DNA of 64,000 nucleotides from Clostridiales bacterium (GCA_918290775.1 CAKJZF010000012.1:11226-75225), one strand, 5' to 3'. Positions 18,566 through 28,975 are shown, counted from the stretch's first letter. Made by a program: numbers and translations. The notes: a model not told the origin generated them from the sequence alone.

Positions 18566-18636
18566 AGACTCGATCGGTTTTCAATGATACTGAACCGTGA
18601 AAATTCCAAAAATGATTTTACAACGGAGGAAGCCCC

Positions 18637-19059
18637 ATGGCTATCAAAATGAGAATTCTCTGCGCCAGCAAAAAGAAGCTGCAAAACCTTGCCAATGACA
18701 TTAAAGTCAAATACGATCTCGCCTTCAACGCTGTTGATGTGATCCCGCCCGCATATCCCTGCGACAAGGAACGGATTGTCATTCTTGCTGTCTCCGCGAA
18801 AGGAACAAACGGTCTTTCCGATTCCGTTCGCCGTTTCTGCGGCGAGCTGACCAAGGCACGCGCTCAAAATGTTGCGCTTGTCATCGACGGTGATGAGGCT
18901 GCCGCAAACGCTGTCAAAGCAATTCTGACCGAAGCCGGAACCAACGTCATTGACGAAGTGCTTTACATGAAAGCGGGACTTTTCGGCGGCAAGCCGAACG
19001 CGCAGGAGCTTGAGACCGCTTATGCTTGGGTTGATCGCGTGATCGCCAATCTCAAATAA
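18637..19059 (+). CDS. hypothetical protein (flavodoxin-like alpha/beta pattern)
   Basis: 140 aa with GGAGGAAG RBS and alternating hydrophobic strand/helix pattern. No motif recognised. Confidence 0.6.
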   Translation: MAIKMRILCASKKKLQNLANDIKVKYDLAFNAVDVIPPAYPCDKERIVILAVSAKGTNGLSDSVRRFCGELTKARAQNVALVIDGDEAAANAVKAILTEAGTNVIDEVLYMKAGLFGGKPNAQELETAYAWVDRVIANLK

Positions 19060-19074
19060 TTGATTTCATTTTCG

Positions 19075-19114
19075 GCTCCGCCGTTCCCTTTTCGGAACGG
19101 CGGAGCTTTTTTTT
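19075..19114 (+). terminator. intrinsic terminator
   Basis: GCTCCGCCGTTCC / GGAACGGCGGAGC 13-bp stem, 6-nt loop, T8 tract. Confidence 0.9.
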
Positions 19115-19117
19115 GTT

Positions 19118-22100
19118 TCAAAAACGCATGGTGAGCTGATCGGTTTCGTTGATGTTGTCGAGTACACCACCGGATCGCAGAATATCAATGACAGATTTGG
19201 AGAGCTTTGCTCGCGTCTGCAAATCTTCAATTGAGAAAAACGGTTCTTCCTCGCGTGCCTGAATGATGTTTTCCGCGGCATTTTCTCCGAGTCCCGGAAG
19301 CGATGAGAACGGCATCCGCACCGCTCCGTTTTCGGGAAGAAACGCATAGGAATGCGATTTGGCAAGATCCACGGGGAGAAATTTCACGCCGCGTGCCATC
19401 GCTTCGTTCATCAACTGCAATGTGGAGATGCTGGCGATTTCCTTCGGAGAGGCTTCCTTACCGCGCTGGCGGATATCTTTCATCAGATTGACTACGTACT
19501 GTTTTCCAGCCCGCGCGACAGTCGCGTCAAATCCGTTTGGCGCAACGGTGAACATGGTGCAGTAAAACTCCACGGGTTTATGGACTTTATACCACGCCAG
19601 CCGGATCGCCGAGATGACATACGCGGCGGCGTGCGCTTTGGGAAACAGGTATTTGATCTTTTTGCAGGAGGTGATATACCATTCGGGAACGCCATGCTCC
19701 CGCATTTCCGCCTCCCATTCGGGCGTCAGCCCCTTCCCCTTTCGAACCGCTTCCATGATCTTGAAGGCGTGTGAATTCTCCAGCCCGTAGCGAATCAGGT
19801 CGATCATGATACCATCACGGGTTCCGATTACGCGGGAAATATCGCAGGTTCCCTCTTTGATCAGATCCTGCGCGTTGCCCAGCCAGACGTTTGTCCCATG
19901 GGTCAACCCGGAGATCTGAAGCAGGTCGGCAAAGTTATGCGGCTTTGCGTCGAGGAGCACTTGCTGAACGAAATTGGTCCCAAGCTCCGGCAACCCGAAG
20001 GTCCCGATCTCACAGTCAATGTCCGCCGGTTCCACGCCGAGCGGACGTGTGGATTCGAGCAATTCATAAACCGAGCTATCGTTCATAGCGACGTCGAGAA
20101 CCGATGTGTTTGTGAATGTCTCGAGCCATTTGTATTTGGTTGGCATATCATGCCCAAGCTCGTCGAGCTTCAGGATGGTGTCATGCAGATAGGAGAACGC
20201 AAAGTGGGTTGTGATGATGTCCGAATTGGGATCGTCAGCCGGGTGTTGGATGGGGGTGAAATCATAAACGTCGTACTTCTGCGGAACAACGATGATGCCG
20301 CCCGGATGCTGCCCCGTGGTCTTTTTGACACCGACGCAGTTCATGACCAAACGATTCATCTCCGCGCGAGGCAGACTGACGCCCATTTGCTCAACATACT
20401 TCGCAACATAACCGTAAGCGGTCTTGTCCGCCAACGTGCCAAGCGTCCCTGCGCGGAACACGTGTCCTTCCCCGAACAGTTCCTCTGTGTACTTATGGAC
20501 GCGTCCCTGCACGTCTCCCGAAAAGTTCAGGTCAATATCGGGCGATTTATCTCCGTAAAACCCGAGGAAGGTTTCAAACATGATGTCATGCCCGTCCGCG
20601 CGGTATTTGGTTCCGCATTTCGGGCAGTTCCGATCCGGCAGGTCAAAGCCGGATCCGACTTCCCCCTTTGTGAAAAACTCGCTGTGCTTACATTGCGGAT
20701 TGGGGCAATAGTAATGTGGCGGGAGCGGGTTGACCTCGGAGATTCCCGCCATGGTTGCGACAAACGAGGAGCCGACAGACCCTCGCGATCCGACCAAATA
20801 CCCCTGCTCTTCGCTGAAACGCACCAACCGCTGGGCAATCAGATACAGGACGGCAAACCCATTGTTGATGATGGAGGTCAGTTCCTTCTCCAACCGCTTG
20901 GAAACGATTTCGGGAAGCGGATCTCCGTACATATCCTTGGCGCGTTTCCAGCACATCTCCTGCAGTTCCTGCTCCGCTCCCTCCATCTCCGGGGTGTAGG
21001 ATCCCTTGGGGATCGGGCGGATCGGTTCAATCATGTCCGCAATCCGATTGGTGTTTGTGACCACAACCTCATAAGCCTTCTCTTTGCCGAGGTAAGAAAA
21101 CTCCTCCAGCATCTCGTCTGTGGTGCGGAAGTAGAGCTCCACATCCTTGTTGTAGTCCTTGAATTTCATACCGGCAAGGAGAATTTTGCGGTAAAGTTCG
21201 TCCTCACGGTTGAGAAAATGCGCGTCGCAGGTGGCGCAGACGGGCTTATGATACCGTTCTCCAAGCTCCACGATACGCCGATTGAGATCCCGAAGCCCTT
21301 CCTCATCGGCAACGCGCCCGTCCGTAATCAGAAAGCGGTTGTTGCAAATCGGTTGAATTTCAAGGTAATCATAGAAATTCACAATTTCCTCGATCTCGCT
21401 TTCGGGACGGTTTTCAAGGATGGCACGCATCAATTCGCCGGCTTCGCAGGCGGAACCGATGATCAGACCGTCGCGGTATTTTTCCAAAACGGTTTTCGGA
21501 ATCCGGGGTATGCGGTGAAAATAGTTCAGATAGCTCATAGAAATGAGCTTGTAGAGGTTTTTCAAGCCGGTTTGGTTTTTTACCAGCAGAATCTGATGAT
21601 AACTGTTGAGCTTGAGCGGATCGGATTTTTCGGTCATTTCCCGCTTGAGCGCGTCCAGATTCCGCAGCTCCATTTTCTGCATCTTATCGAGCATACAGAA
21701 ATAGATGTTTGCAAGCATTTCCGCGTCGTCGCAGGCGCGGTGATGGTTGAACTCGCCGAGCTGATAATATTCGGCAACCACATCCAACTTATGCGATTTC
21801 AATTCGGGATTGATGTATTTGGAGAGTCCGACTGTGTCGAGATAGGGATTCTCAAACGAAAGTCCGGACCGCTCGGCATAATAGCGGATAAAGCCGATGT
21901 CAAAATTTGCGTTGTGCGCGATCAGGAGCGGGTATGGCTTCCCTTCCGCAACCTTGTGATTCCCGATAAACGCAAAAAACGCGCGGAGTGCGTCGGCGAC
22001 CTTGGGCGCGCCTTTCACCATCTCGTCCGTGATGCCTGTGAGCTTCTCAATCTCTTCCGGAATCGGGCGCTCTGGGTCAACGAACGTGTTGAACCGCTCC

Positions 22101-23593
22101 GAAACCTTTCCGTTGCAAATCTTCACCGCGCCGATTTCCGTGATGGCGCAGTTCTGCACCGAGAGGCCTGTTGTTTCAATGTCAAACACAACGCATTCGG
22201 CGTCAAACGAAGGGGCAAACCGCCCGGAAATCGCGCTTGCCGTATCGTTGACAAAATAGCTTTCGATTCCGTAGATGACCTTAAACGGAAGATCAGGGTT
22301 GTCCTTTTGCAGTTTTTCCAGCGTAAGCATTGCATCCGGAAACGCCTGAACGTTTCCATGGTCGGTGATGGCGACAGCCGGATGTCCCCATTTAACTGCG
22401 GTTTTGACAGCCACATCGGGAGGAATCAGCGCGTCCATGGTGGACATGGTTGTGTGCAGGTGCAGCTCCACGCGCTTTTTCTCGGCGCGATCCACGCGCC
22501 GTTGCTTGGAGATTTTGGCAATATCCTTGAACATGAAGGTCAGATCCGGATCATCCGGGCGGTTTTTGCGCTTGATTCGCTTGGTATAACCGCGCATCGC
22601 AACAACCGCCCCGCCGCCCAGAATCGCTTTCAGCTCTTTTGCGTCCTCGGGTTCTATGCCGAAGGTATGATGCTCGATGGAAGCATGGCCGTCAAAAATA
22701 TCGAAAGTGACGTCAAATTTGTCGCCGCCGCGGCTTTCCTCTTCCGTATAGTTAAATACTTCTCCCAAAATGACCGCGTTTGTCTGCGCGTCCTTGAGCT
22801 GCGCGATGGGAACGGGTCTGATTTCAAACGGAGACCCGTAAACGAATTCCGGTCCCGAAATGTCAAATACAGAAAATCCGATGCGGCAGGTTCCGTCCTC
22901 TCCCATCACAGGCGTTGGATCTGTGTCATAAATCGAAGGGACGCGCGGGAGCATAGTGGTTTCCTTGCTCTCCGATGGCGTTGAATGGGGATAGACGCTG
23001 TTGGGCTGCGGCAGATTCGCAACATATTCCTTCCCCGCTTTTGCGGCTTCCCGCTCCATCTCATCCATCCGACCGCGGAAGGAACGATAGTAATCCTCCT
23101 GGTCAAAATCATCGATCTGACGGACGGTCACGCGGATTTCGACTCCAAACTCGGAGCGAATGATGTCCTCCAGCACCTTCGGGGTCTTGGCGTCATGGAT
23201 CAATTCAATGCCGCTTTGAACAAAGGGGATCTCTAAAAAAAGTTCGTCCCCCTCCAGCCGGTACGTCGCACGCTCAAAAAAGCCTTTTGCGACAACGCCC
23301 CTGCGGTTCAATTCCAAAAGCAGGTCGGGGATGACCTGTTCGGAAAAACACTCGCTTGGGTAAGTTGGCAACAGGCGAACAAGAGACAGATCGTAGGCGC
23401 GGCGAATTTCTTCCTCGGCTGTGTATAAAAGGCGCTTGGCGATGTACTGCGGGAATGCTTCCGAAATCTCCAACGCACGCATTTGCTGATCCGCTCGGAT
23501 GCGAATGGAATCCGGGTCGGCTGTCTGCAAAAGGGCGGCGATCTCCTCTGTCGGTTTATACTTATTCAGAATCTCAAGCAACGGTCTGCTCAT
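19118..23593 (-). CDS. polC: DNA polymerase III alpha subunit, PolC type
   Basis: 1491 aa with an internal DEDDh exonuclease block (VVFDIETTGL), PHP and polIIIa core motifs. This is the Gram-positive PolC architecture. Confidence 0.97.
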   Translation of the reverse strand: MSRPLLEILNKYKPTEEIAALLQTADPDSIRIRADQQMRALEISEAFPQYIAKRLLYTAEEEIRRAYDLSLVRLLPTYPSECFSEQVIPDLLLELNRRGVVAKGFFERATYRLEGDELFLEIPFVQSGIELIHDAKTPKVLEDIIRSEFGVEIRVTVRQIDDFDQEDYYRSFRGRMDEMEREAAKAGKEYVANLPQPNSVYPHSTPSESKETTMLPRVPSIYDTDPTPVMGEDGTCRIGFSVFDISGPEFVYGSPFEIRPVPIAQLKDAQTNAVILGEVFNYTEEESRGGDKFDVTFDIFDGHASIEHHTFGIEPEDAKELKAILGGGAVVAMRGYTKRIKRKNRPDDPDLTFMFKDIAKISKQRRVDRAEKKRVELHLHTTMSTMDALIPPDVAVKTAVKWGHPAVAITDHGNVQAFPDAMLTLEKLQKDNPDLPFKVIYGIESYFVNDTASAISGRFAPSFDAECVVFDIETTGLSVQNCAITEIGAVKICNGKVSERFNTFVDPERPIPEEIEKLTGITDEMVKGAPKVADALRAFFAFIGNHKVAEGKPYPLLIAHNANFDIGFIRYYAERSGLSFENPYLDTVGLSKYINPELKSHKLDVVAEYYQLGEFNHHRACDDAEMLANIYFCMLDKMQKMELRNLDALKREMTEKSDPLKLNSYHQILLVKNQTGLKNLYKLISMSYLNYFHRIPRIPKTVLEKYRDGLIIGSACEAGELMRAILENRPESEIEEIVNFYDYLEIQPICNNRFLITDGRVADEEGLRDLNRRIVELGERYHKPVCATCDAHFLNREDELYRKILLAGMKFKDYNKDVELYFRTTDEMLEEFSYLGKEKAYEVVVTNTNRIADMIEPIRPIPKGSYTPEMEGAEQELQEMCWKRAKDMYGDPLPEIVSKRLEKELTSIINNGFAVLYLIAQRLVRFSEEQGYLVGSRGSVGSSFVATMAGISEVNPLPPHYYCPNPQCKHSEFFTKGEVGSGFDLPDRNCPKCGTKYRADGHDIMFETFLGFYGDKSPDIDLNFSGDVQGRVHKYTEELFGEGHVFRAGTLGTLADKTAYGYVAKYVEQMGVSLPRAEMNRLVMNCVGVKKTTGQHPGGIIVVPQKYDVYDFTPIQHPADDPNSDIITTHFAFSYLHDTILKLDELGHDMPTKYKWLETFTNTSVLDVAMNDSSVYELLESTRPLGVEPADIDCEIGTFGLPELGTNFVQQVLLDAKPHNFADLLQISGLTHGTNVWLGNAQDLIKEGTCDISRVIGTRDGIMIDLIRYGLENSHAFKIMEAVRKGKGLTPEWEAEMREHGVPEWYITSCKKIKYLFPKAHAAAYVISAIRLAWYKVHKPVEFYCTMFTVAPNGFDATVARAGKQYVVNLMKDIRQRGKEASPKEIASISTLQLMNEAMARGVKFLPVDLAKSHSYAFLPENGAVRMPFSSLPGLGENAAENIIQAREEEPFFSIEDLQTRAKLSKSVIDILRSGGVLDNINETDQLTMRF

Positions 23594-24687
23594 GTCAGAT
23601 TCCTTTCGTCGGCAATGAGACGGATTTCGGCAATCAGCCGAGCTATGATCTCGTCTTCTCGAATCTTTTCAATGATTTCTCCGCGGCGGATTAAAACCGC
23701 CTCGTGTGCCCCTCCGGCAATGCCGACATCGGCTTCCCTTGCCTCTCCGGGACCGTTGACAACGCATCCCATGAGCGCAACCCGAAGGGGAAGGTTGTCC
23801 AATCCCTCTGCTTTGACAACCTCCTCAAAACGGCGAACCAGGGGGATCAGGTCGATTTTGGTACGCGCACAGGTCGGGCAACTGACGATGTCCATTCCAC
23901 GCTGTCCCCGTGCCCCGACAGCACGCAGAATCTGCCTTGCCGCGTCCACTTCCTTGATCGGATCATCGGTCAAGGAAACGCGCACTGTATCTCCGATGCC
24001 GTCACAGAGCAACGAGCCGATTCCGATCGCGCTTTTGATCAGTCCCCGGTTCCCGCCGCCCGCCTCAGTGACGCCGAGATGGAGCGGATAGGAGCAGGCA
24101 TCCGCCAGCAGACGGTTGGCGCGGATCATATCCGGGACGGTTGACGCCTTGATGGAGACCGCAATATCGGTGAAATCAAAGCGCTCCAACAGGGCAATGT
24201 GATAGAGTGCGCTCTCGCAGAGCGCCTCGGGTGTGGGCGAACCGTGTTTTGCGAGGATATGCTTTTCGAGCGAACCGCTGTTGACACCGATTCGGATCGG
24301 AATATTCCTTTCGCGGCAGGCTGCAACCACCGTGCGCACGTGGTCGTCATCGCCGATGTTTCCGGGATTGATGCGGATCTTATCAAATCCCAACTCGGCG
24401 CAGCGCAGCGCGATTCGGTAGTCAAAATGAATATCCGCCACAATCGGAACGCGAATGCCCGCTTTGCGGATCGGAACAATCGTTTCCGCCGCGTCAAGGG
24501 ATGGGACGGAGACGCGAACGATGTCGCATCCGGCGGCTTCCAGCGTGCGGATCTGCGCGACGGTTGCCGCCGCGTCGCACGTGTCGGTATTGGTCATAGA
24601 TTGGATCGCGATCGGGTAATCGCCTCCGATTTTGCAATTTCCTACGGAGATCACTTCTGCGATTCGTTGTGTTTTTTGTTCATTCAT
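23590..24687 (-). CDS. ispG: 4-hydroxy-3-methylbut-2-en-1-yl diphosphate synthase
   Basis: 365 aa. GcpE family sequence with C-terminal Cys ligands (SCPTCAR, GCVVNGPGE). Overlaps polC by 4 nt. Confidence 0.95.
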   Translation of the reverse strand: MNEQKTQRIAEVISVGNCKIGGDYPIAIQSMTNTDTCDAAATVAQIRTLEAAGCDIVRVSVPSLDAAETIVPIRKAGIRVPIVADIHFDYRIALRCAELGFDKIRINPGNIGDDDHVRTVVAACRERNIPIRIGVNSGSLEKHILAKHGSPTPEALCESALYHIALLERFDFTDIAVSIKASTVPDMIRANRLLADACSYPLHLGVTEAGGGNRGLIKSAIGIGSLLCDGIGDTVRVSLTDDPIKEVDAARQILRAVGARGQRGMDIVSCPTCARTKIDLIPLVRRFEEVVKAEGLDNLPLRVALMGCVVNGPGEAREADVGIAGGAHEAVLIRRGEIIEKIREDEIIARLIAEIRLIADERNLT

Positions 24688-26105
24688 AGCGATATAACGT
24701 CCTTTACGGCAATAACAACGGCGAGCAAGAGGATTATCACAAGCCCGACGAAGTTGATGATTCCTTCCACCTCAGGCCTGATCGGCTTGCGCCGGACGGC
24801 TTCCACCAAATAGAGGAGAAGATGCCCGCCGTCAAGCGCCGGCAAGGGCAACAGATTCATGATGCCGAGGTTGATGGAGATGATGATGACAAGATGGAGC
24901 AAATTGCGGCCCTGACCGCTTTTCGCGACATCCGAAATGGTTTTGGTGATACCGATGGGACCCGAAACGGCTTCAAAGCCATAGCGGCGCGTGAGAAGCC
25001 CTCTGATGGAATCATAGACCATTTTCACGGTGGAAAGCGAGCGATACCATGTGTGTTTGAGGATGGTTCCGAAATGGACGTGTGTTTCTCTCCAGATGAG
25101 AAAATCGGTTCTTCCGAACGCGATGTTCTGCTCCACAAAGGTCGGAAATCTGACATCGGAAATCAAAACCTTTTCCCCGTTTCGCAGAAGCGTGAGCGTG
25201 ACGGGCTGATACCCTTGGTTCATAATTTCATAGGATAATTCGTCATAGATGTGAACCGAGGTGTTGTTGACCTTCAGAATAACGTCGCCTGCCTGCAATC
25301 CCTTTTTCTCATCTGTTCCGGCGCTCAACGAGGTTTGAAAATAACGATCAATCAAATCATCGTTGAAATATGCCGTAATTTGCGGCGCAGGCTCAATCAG
25401 GTCCGTTCCGTCTTCGTTTTCCCGCATGACCGAAAACGTCACGATCCCGTTTTCACTTTCATGCACAGCGTTCCGAAACTGATCCAGCGTCAGAATCCGA
25501 ATCGGAGCGGAATCACCCTCGGGAATCAGGTAGTACAGGTAGTCGTCGTTTTGCAGACCTTCGTAGGATTCTTCCGACGTGTAGACCACGTGAAATCCGG
25601 CAACTTTTGTGGTTGCGAGGTTATCGGCTCCGCTCGCGATGACAAAGACCAACATCAGCAGAAATCCGAGCAGAAGGTTCATCATCGGACCTGCCAAGGA
25701 AATCAGAATCCGCACCCATACGCTTTTGTTGCAGTACGCTTGCTTGGCAAGTTCAGGGTCAATCGGTTCCTTTTTCTCGGTATTTTCCGCGTTTTTTTCA
25801 TTCAGATCGTTCAAAAAGATTGGCTCTTGAGCGCTTTGCCTTGGCATTTCGGGTTGCGCACCCTGAACCGGTTCCATTCCGCTCTCTCCGAACATACTCA
25901 CGTATCCGCCGATCGGAAAGATGCGCAACGAATAAATTGTTCCGCTTTTTTTCGAAGTTTTGGAAAACAGTTTCGGTCCCATTCCGATGGAAAATTCGAG
26001 AATTTTCACTCCGAATGCACGCGCGACCAAAAAGTGCCCGAGTTCATGAATGAAAATCAGGACACCGAAGATCAAAAGAGCGAGCAAGACCGAGAGAACA
26101 TTCAT
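24684..26105 (-). CDS. rseP: RIP metalloprotease RseP (M50 family)
   Basis: HELGHF zinc motif in the first TM region, a central PDZ-like segment and a C-terminal LPxxxLDGG motif. Confidence 0.9.
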   Translation of the reverse strand: MNVLSVLLALLIFGVLIFIHELGHFLVARAFGVKILEFSIGMGPKLFSKTSKKSGTIYSLRIFPIGGYVSMFGESGMEPVQGAQPEMPRQSAQEPIFLNDLNEKNAENTEKKEPIDPELAKQAYCNKSVWVRILISLAGPMMNLLLGFLLMLVFVIASGADNLATTKVAGFHVVYTSEESYEGLQNDDYLYYLIPEGDSAPIRILTLDQFRNAVHESENGIVTFSVMRENEDGTDLIEPAPQITAYFNDDLIDRYFQTSLSAGTDEKKGLQAGDVILKVNNTSVHIYDELSYEIMNQGYQPVTLTLLRNGEKVLISDVRFPTFVEQNIAFGRTDFLIWRETHVHFGTILKHTWYRSLSTVKMVYDSIRGLLTRRYGFEAVSGPIGITKTISDVAKSGQGRNLLHLVIIISINLGIMNLLPLPALDGGHLLLYLVEAVRRKPIRPEVEGIINFVGLVIILLLAVVIAVKDVISL

Positions 26106-26127
26106 AGTTCATACTCCTGTGAAATGA

Positions 26128-27306
26128 TTAAAAATGGCGGGAAATTCTTTCCTCCGCACGAATCCGGGCGAGTTTGTCAACCTCAAAAATGCCTTCGATC
26201 GTGCTTTGCGAACGCGCTTGCGGCGTCAGTTGCCCGACCGTGTTCTCTACAATGTCAAAAATCTCCGTAAAACCGATCCGATGGTTCAGAAATGCCGCAA
26301 CGGCGACCTCATTCGCCGCGTTGACGGCGGCTGGAACCGCTCCTCCCGCACGGATGGCGTCGGTTGCAACCCGCAACAACGGAAACGTTTCCAAATCCGG
26401 CTTCGCAAAGGTCAGTGAACCGACGCGGAAAAGATCCAACTCCGAAATGACCGCGGTTGCCCTTGCTGGGTGCGTGAGCGCGTATTGGACGCAAAGCCGC
26501 ATATCGGGAACCGACAGTTGCGCGATTACGCTGTTATCAGTATATTCGACAGCCGAGTGCATTATGCTCTCGCGGTGTACCGTTACCTCGACCTGATCGG
26601 GCGAAACGCCGAACAGATGCACCGCCTCGATCACCTCAAATCCCTTGTTCATCAAGGTTGCGCTGTCGACCGTGATTTTCGCTCCCATTTTCCAGGTCGG
26701 GTGCGCGAGGGCGCATTCGACCGTAATATTCCGAAGCTGTTCGGCGGAATATCCGTAAAACGGACCGCCGGAAGCGGTCAACAGGATCTTTTTGATCTGT
26801 TTCGGTTCTCCCGCCCGCAGGCATTGGAAAATGGCGCTGTGCTCGCTGTCAACCGGCAGGATGGTGATTCCCTTTTCTCGCGCCAGCTTCATCACGATTT
26901 CACCAGCGCAGACAAGCGATTCCTTGTTTGCCAAAGCAAGGCGTTTCCCCGCCTGAAGCGTTGACAATGTGGGTTTCAGCCCCGCTTCGCCGATGATGGA
27001 ATTAAGAACAATCTCATCGGTTCCGTGTTCCTCAGCGATCATTTCGCAGATGCCCTGTTCACCGGCATAAACCCGGACGGCTGTGTCGGCAAGCCGGATT
27101 TTCAGTTCTTTTGCGGCGGTTTCATCCGCCATCGCGCAGGATTTGATGCCAAACGCACGCGCCTGTTCTTCCACGCGTTTTGCGTTGCGGTTTGCAGACA
27201 GCGCGTTGATGCGTGTGCCGGTCTGCATCGCCACGTCGATTGCCTGTTCGCCGACGGATCCGGTTGAACCGAGTACCGTGATGGAAGGTTCATGCTCCGT
27301 CGTCAT
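26128..27306 (-). CDS. dxr: 1-deoxy-D-xylulose 5-phosphate reductoisomerase
   Basis: 392 aa. GSTGSVG NADPH motif, LANKESLV and DSEHSAIFQC motifs. Confidence 0.96.
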   Translation of the reverse strand: MTTEHEPSITVLGSTGSVGEQAIDVAMQTGTRINALSANRNAKRVEEQARAFGIKSCAMADETAAKELKIRLADTAVRVYAGEQGICEMIAEEHGTDEIVLNSIIGEAGLKPTLSTLQAGKRLALANKESLVCAGEIVMKLAREKGITILPVDSEHSAIFQCLRAGEPKQIKKILLTASGGPFYGYSAEQLRNITVECALAHPTWKMGAKITVDSATLMNKGFEVIEAVHLFGVSPDQVEVTVHRESIMHSAVEYTDNSVIAQLSVPDMRLCVQYALTHPARATAVISELDLFRVGSLTFAKPDLETFPLLRVATDAIRAGGAVPAAVNAANEVAVAAFLNHRIGFTEIFDIVENTVGQLTPQARSQSTIEGIFEVDKLARIRAEERISRHF

Positions 27307-27307
27307 G

Positions 27308-28159
27308 TCAAATCACCTCAAGTAAATCGAAGAAGGACGTGAATACAGCCAAAACGACCGAAACGGCGATCACCGAATCAAACCGATCCAGCACGCCGCC
27401 GTGCCCCGGAAAGATGAAGCCGTAGTCTTTGATGCCGTAATGCCGCTTGATGACCGACATGGCAAGATCTCCGATCTGCGCCACGATGGAAATCACAAGC
27501 CCCCCGACTGCGAGAAGCAGGTAATTCGCGTGAAACGCGGCATCCGCTTTTTCCACAATCCATCCGAACAGGATCATGGCGAGAACACAGAACACGATTC
27601 CGCCGATGCTCCCCTCAACCGTCTTTTTCGGGCTGACCTCTGGGATCAATTTGTGCTTGCCGCCCCGCCCGAAAAGCATTCCGCAAAAATACGCGAAGGT
27701 ATCGGTCACCCAAGCGCCGATAAACGCGATGAGATAGATGTACTTGCCGCCCGCCACACGGTCATGTACGAAGAGGATCGCGCAAAGACCGACCAACGCG
27801 TAGAAAATGCACATAAGTGCCGCGGAAATGTCCGTAACTTTGTATTTTCCCTTTGAAAAGATCAGAACGCCGAAGAGATAGAGTACTGTCAGCAATACGG
27901 CGGAACCCGCGATCTGCTCCAAGGTTATTTTTCCGTCTTGCGGCAGATAGCGAATCAGAAACGGAAATGCCACGGCGCAGAGATAAAATGGAGCGGAAAC
28001 TGCAACCGAACGGCGCAACCCCGTGCATCCAAGCATTTCGTAGGTTGCAAGCACCGTGCAGAACGCCAGCCCGATCGGAAGCACCGCTGTATCGGCAAAG
28101 ATCAGAATCGGGACGAACACGCAGAGCGCAACGATTGCCGTAATGATTCTTGTTTTCAT
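27308..28159 (-). CDS. cdsA: phosphatidate cytidylyltransferase
   Basis: CTP_transf_1 signature region (SxxKRxxxxKDxxxxxPGHGGxxDRxD). ATG 28159 chosen (AAAGGA RBS), leaving a 23-nt gap to uppS. Confidence 0.9.
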   Translation of the reverse strand: MKTRIITAIVALCVFVPILIFADTAVLPIGLAFCTVLATYEMLGCTGLRRSVAVSAPFYLCAVAFPFLIRYLPQDGKITLEQIAGSAVLLTVLYLFGVLIFSKGKYKVTDISAALMCIFYALVGLCAILFVHDRVAGGKYIYLIAFIGAWVTDTFAYFCGMLFGRGGKHKLIPEVSPKKTVEGSIGGIVFCVLAMILFGWIVEKADAAFHANYLLLAVGGLVISIVAQIGDLAMSVIKRHYGIKDYGFIFPGHGGVLDRFDSVIAVSVVLAVFTSFFDLLEVI

Positions 28160-28182
28160 GGAGAATCCTTTCCGATGCCCGT

Positions 28183-28920
28183 TCAAACACCGCCGTAACG
28201 GCGTTTTCTGCCGTAAAATGCGGCAATGGCATCATCCACATCCAGCGGCGAAAAATCCGGCCATAGGATGTCTGTAAAATAATATTCGCTGTAGGCGGAC
28301 TGCCAAAGCAGAAAATTGGAGGAGCGGAATTCTCCCCCTGTTCGCACGATCAGATCCGGCGGCGGGCAATCCAATGTGTAAAGATGACTTGAAATGTCCG
28401 CTTCGGTGATCACCTGCTTCCCTTCGCGGATCAGCTCGTTGCAAGCGTTGGTGATTTCCTCTCTGCCGCCATAGTTGACTGCAATGTTCAGGATGAACGG
28501 CTTATGAGCGGTTTCGCGGTCAATTTTTGCCATCTTTTCCTGCAGATCATCCGGGAAGATGGCAAGGTTTCCGATGAAGCGAAAATGAACGTTGTCCTCT
28601 TCCATCTCCAAAAAGCACTCTTCGATATAGTCATCGAAGATTTTCATAATGGTGTCAACCTCTTTTTGCGGGCGCTTCCAATTTTCGGTGGAAAACGCGT
28701 AAACGGTCATATATTGCAGTCCGATTTTTTCGCAGTAGCGCCCGATCTTTTTAAAGGTTGCGGCACCGTGGCTGTGACCGAATTCACGCGGCATTCCGCG
28801 CCGACGCGCCCATCTTCCGTTTCCGTCCATGATGAATGCGATGTGCTTTAACCGTTCGTCGACGCGCTCCCCGCGATCCGCCATGGTCTGTCGCTTTTTT
28901 TGTTTCTTTTTCCAAAACAT
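28183..28920 (-). CDS. uppS: isoprenyl transferase (undecaprenyl diphosphate synthase)
   Basis: HIAFIMDGNGRWA and ERRYGG-type C-terminus. GGAGA RBS. Confidence 0.95.
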   Translation of the reverse strand: MFWKKKQKKRQTMADRGERVDERLKHIAFIMDGNGRWARRRGMPREFGHSHGAATFKKIGRYCEKIGLQYMTVYAFSTENWKRPQKEVDTIMKIFDDYIEECFLEMEEDNVHFRFIGNLAIFPDDLQEKMAKIDRETAHKPFILNIAVNYGGREEITNACNELIREGKQVITEADISSHLYTLDCPPPDLIVRTGGEFRSSNFLLWQSAYSEYYFTDILWPDFSPLDVDDAIAAFYGRKRRYGGV

Positions 28921-28944
28921 TTCGGTTCTCCGTTCTGTTGATGT

Positions 28945-28975
28945 TGACCCGACGAGTCATGAACCCGTCGGGTCA
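28945..28975 (-). other. GC-rich hairpin between frr and uppS (no U-tract)
   Basis: TGACCCGACG / CGTCGGGTCA 10-bp stem, 11-nt loop, about 20 nt upstream of the uppS RBS. Confidence 0.45.

Noticed and set aside
18324-18587. An 87-codon ORF filling the large intergenic region.
   Set aside because: It has no RBS, an odd composition (Cys/Phe/Ile-rich), and it runs through promoter elements. The region is better explained as regulatory DNA.
19898-22984. Very long ORFs antisense to real genes: 1028 aa opposite polC, 573 aa opposite ruvAB (44207-45928), 499 aa opposite yfhO (40938-42437), 486 aa opposite topB (52699-54159), 455 aa opposite tsf/rpsB (30289-31656) and 444 aa opposite rhaA (50234-51568).
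   Set aside because: For the two pairs I checked (polC, ruvAB) the antisense ORF is codon-aligned with the sense gene. It therefore stays open simply because TTA, CTA and TCA codons are avoided in the sense frame. I assume the same for the other four. The translations are low-complexity (R/G/A/F-rich), lack RBSs, and the opposite-strand genes are unmistakable.
25573-25590. A CCACGTGAAAT segment resembling half of a parS site (TGTTNCACGTGAAACA).
   Set aside because: Only one half-site matches and there is no palindromic partner. It lies inside the rseP coding sequence.
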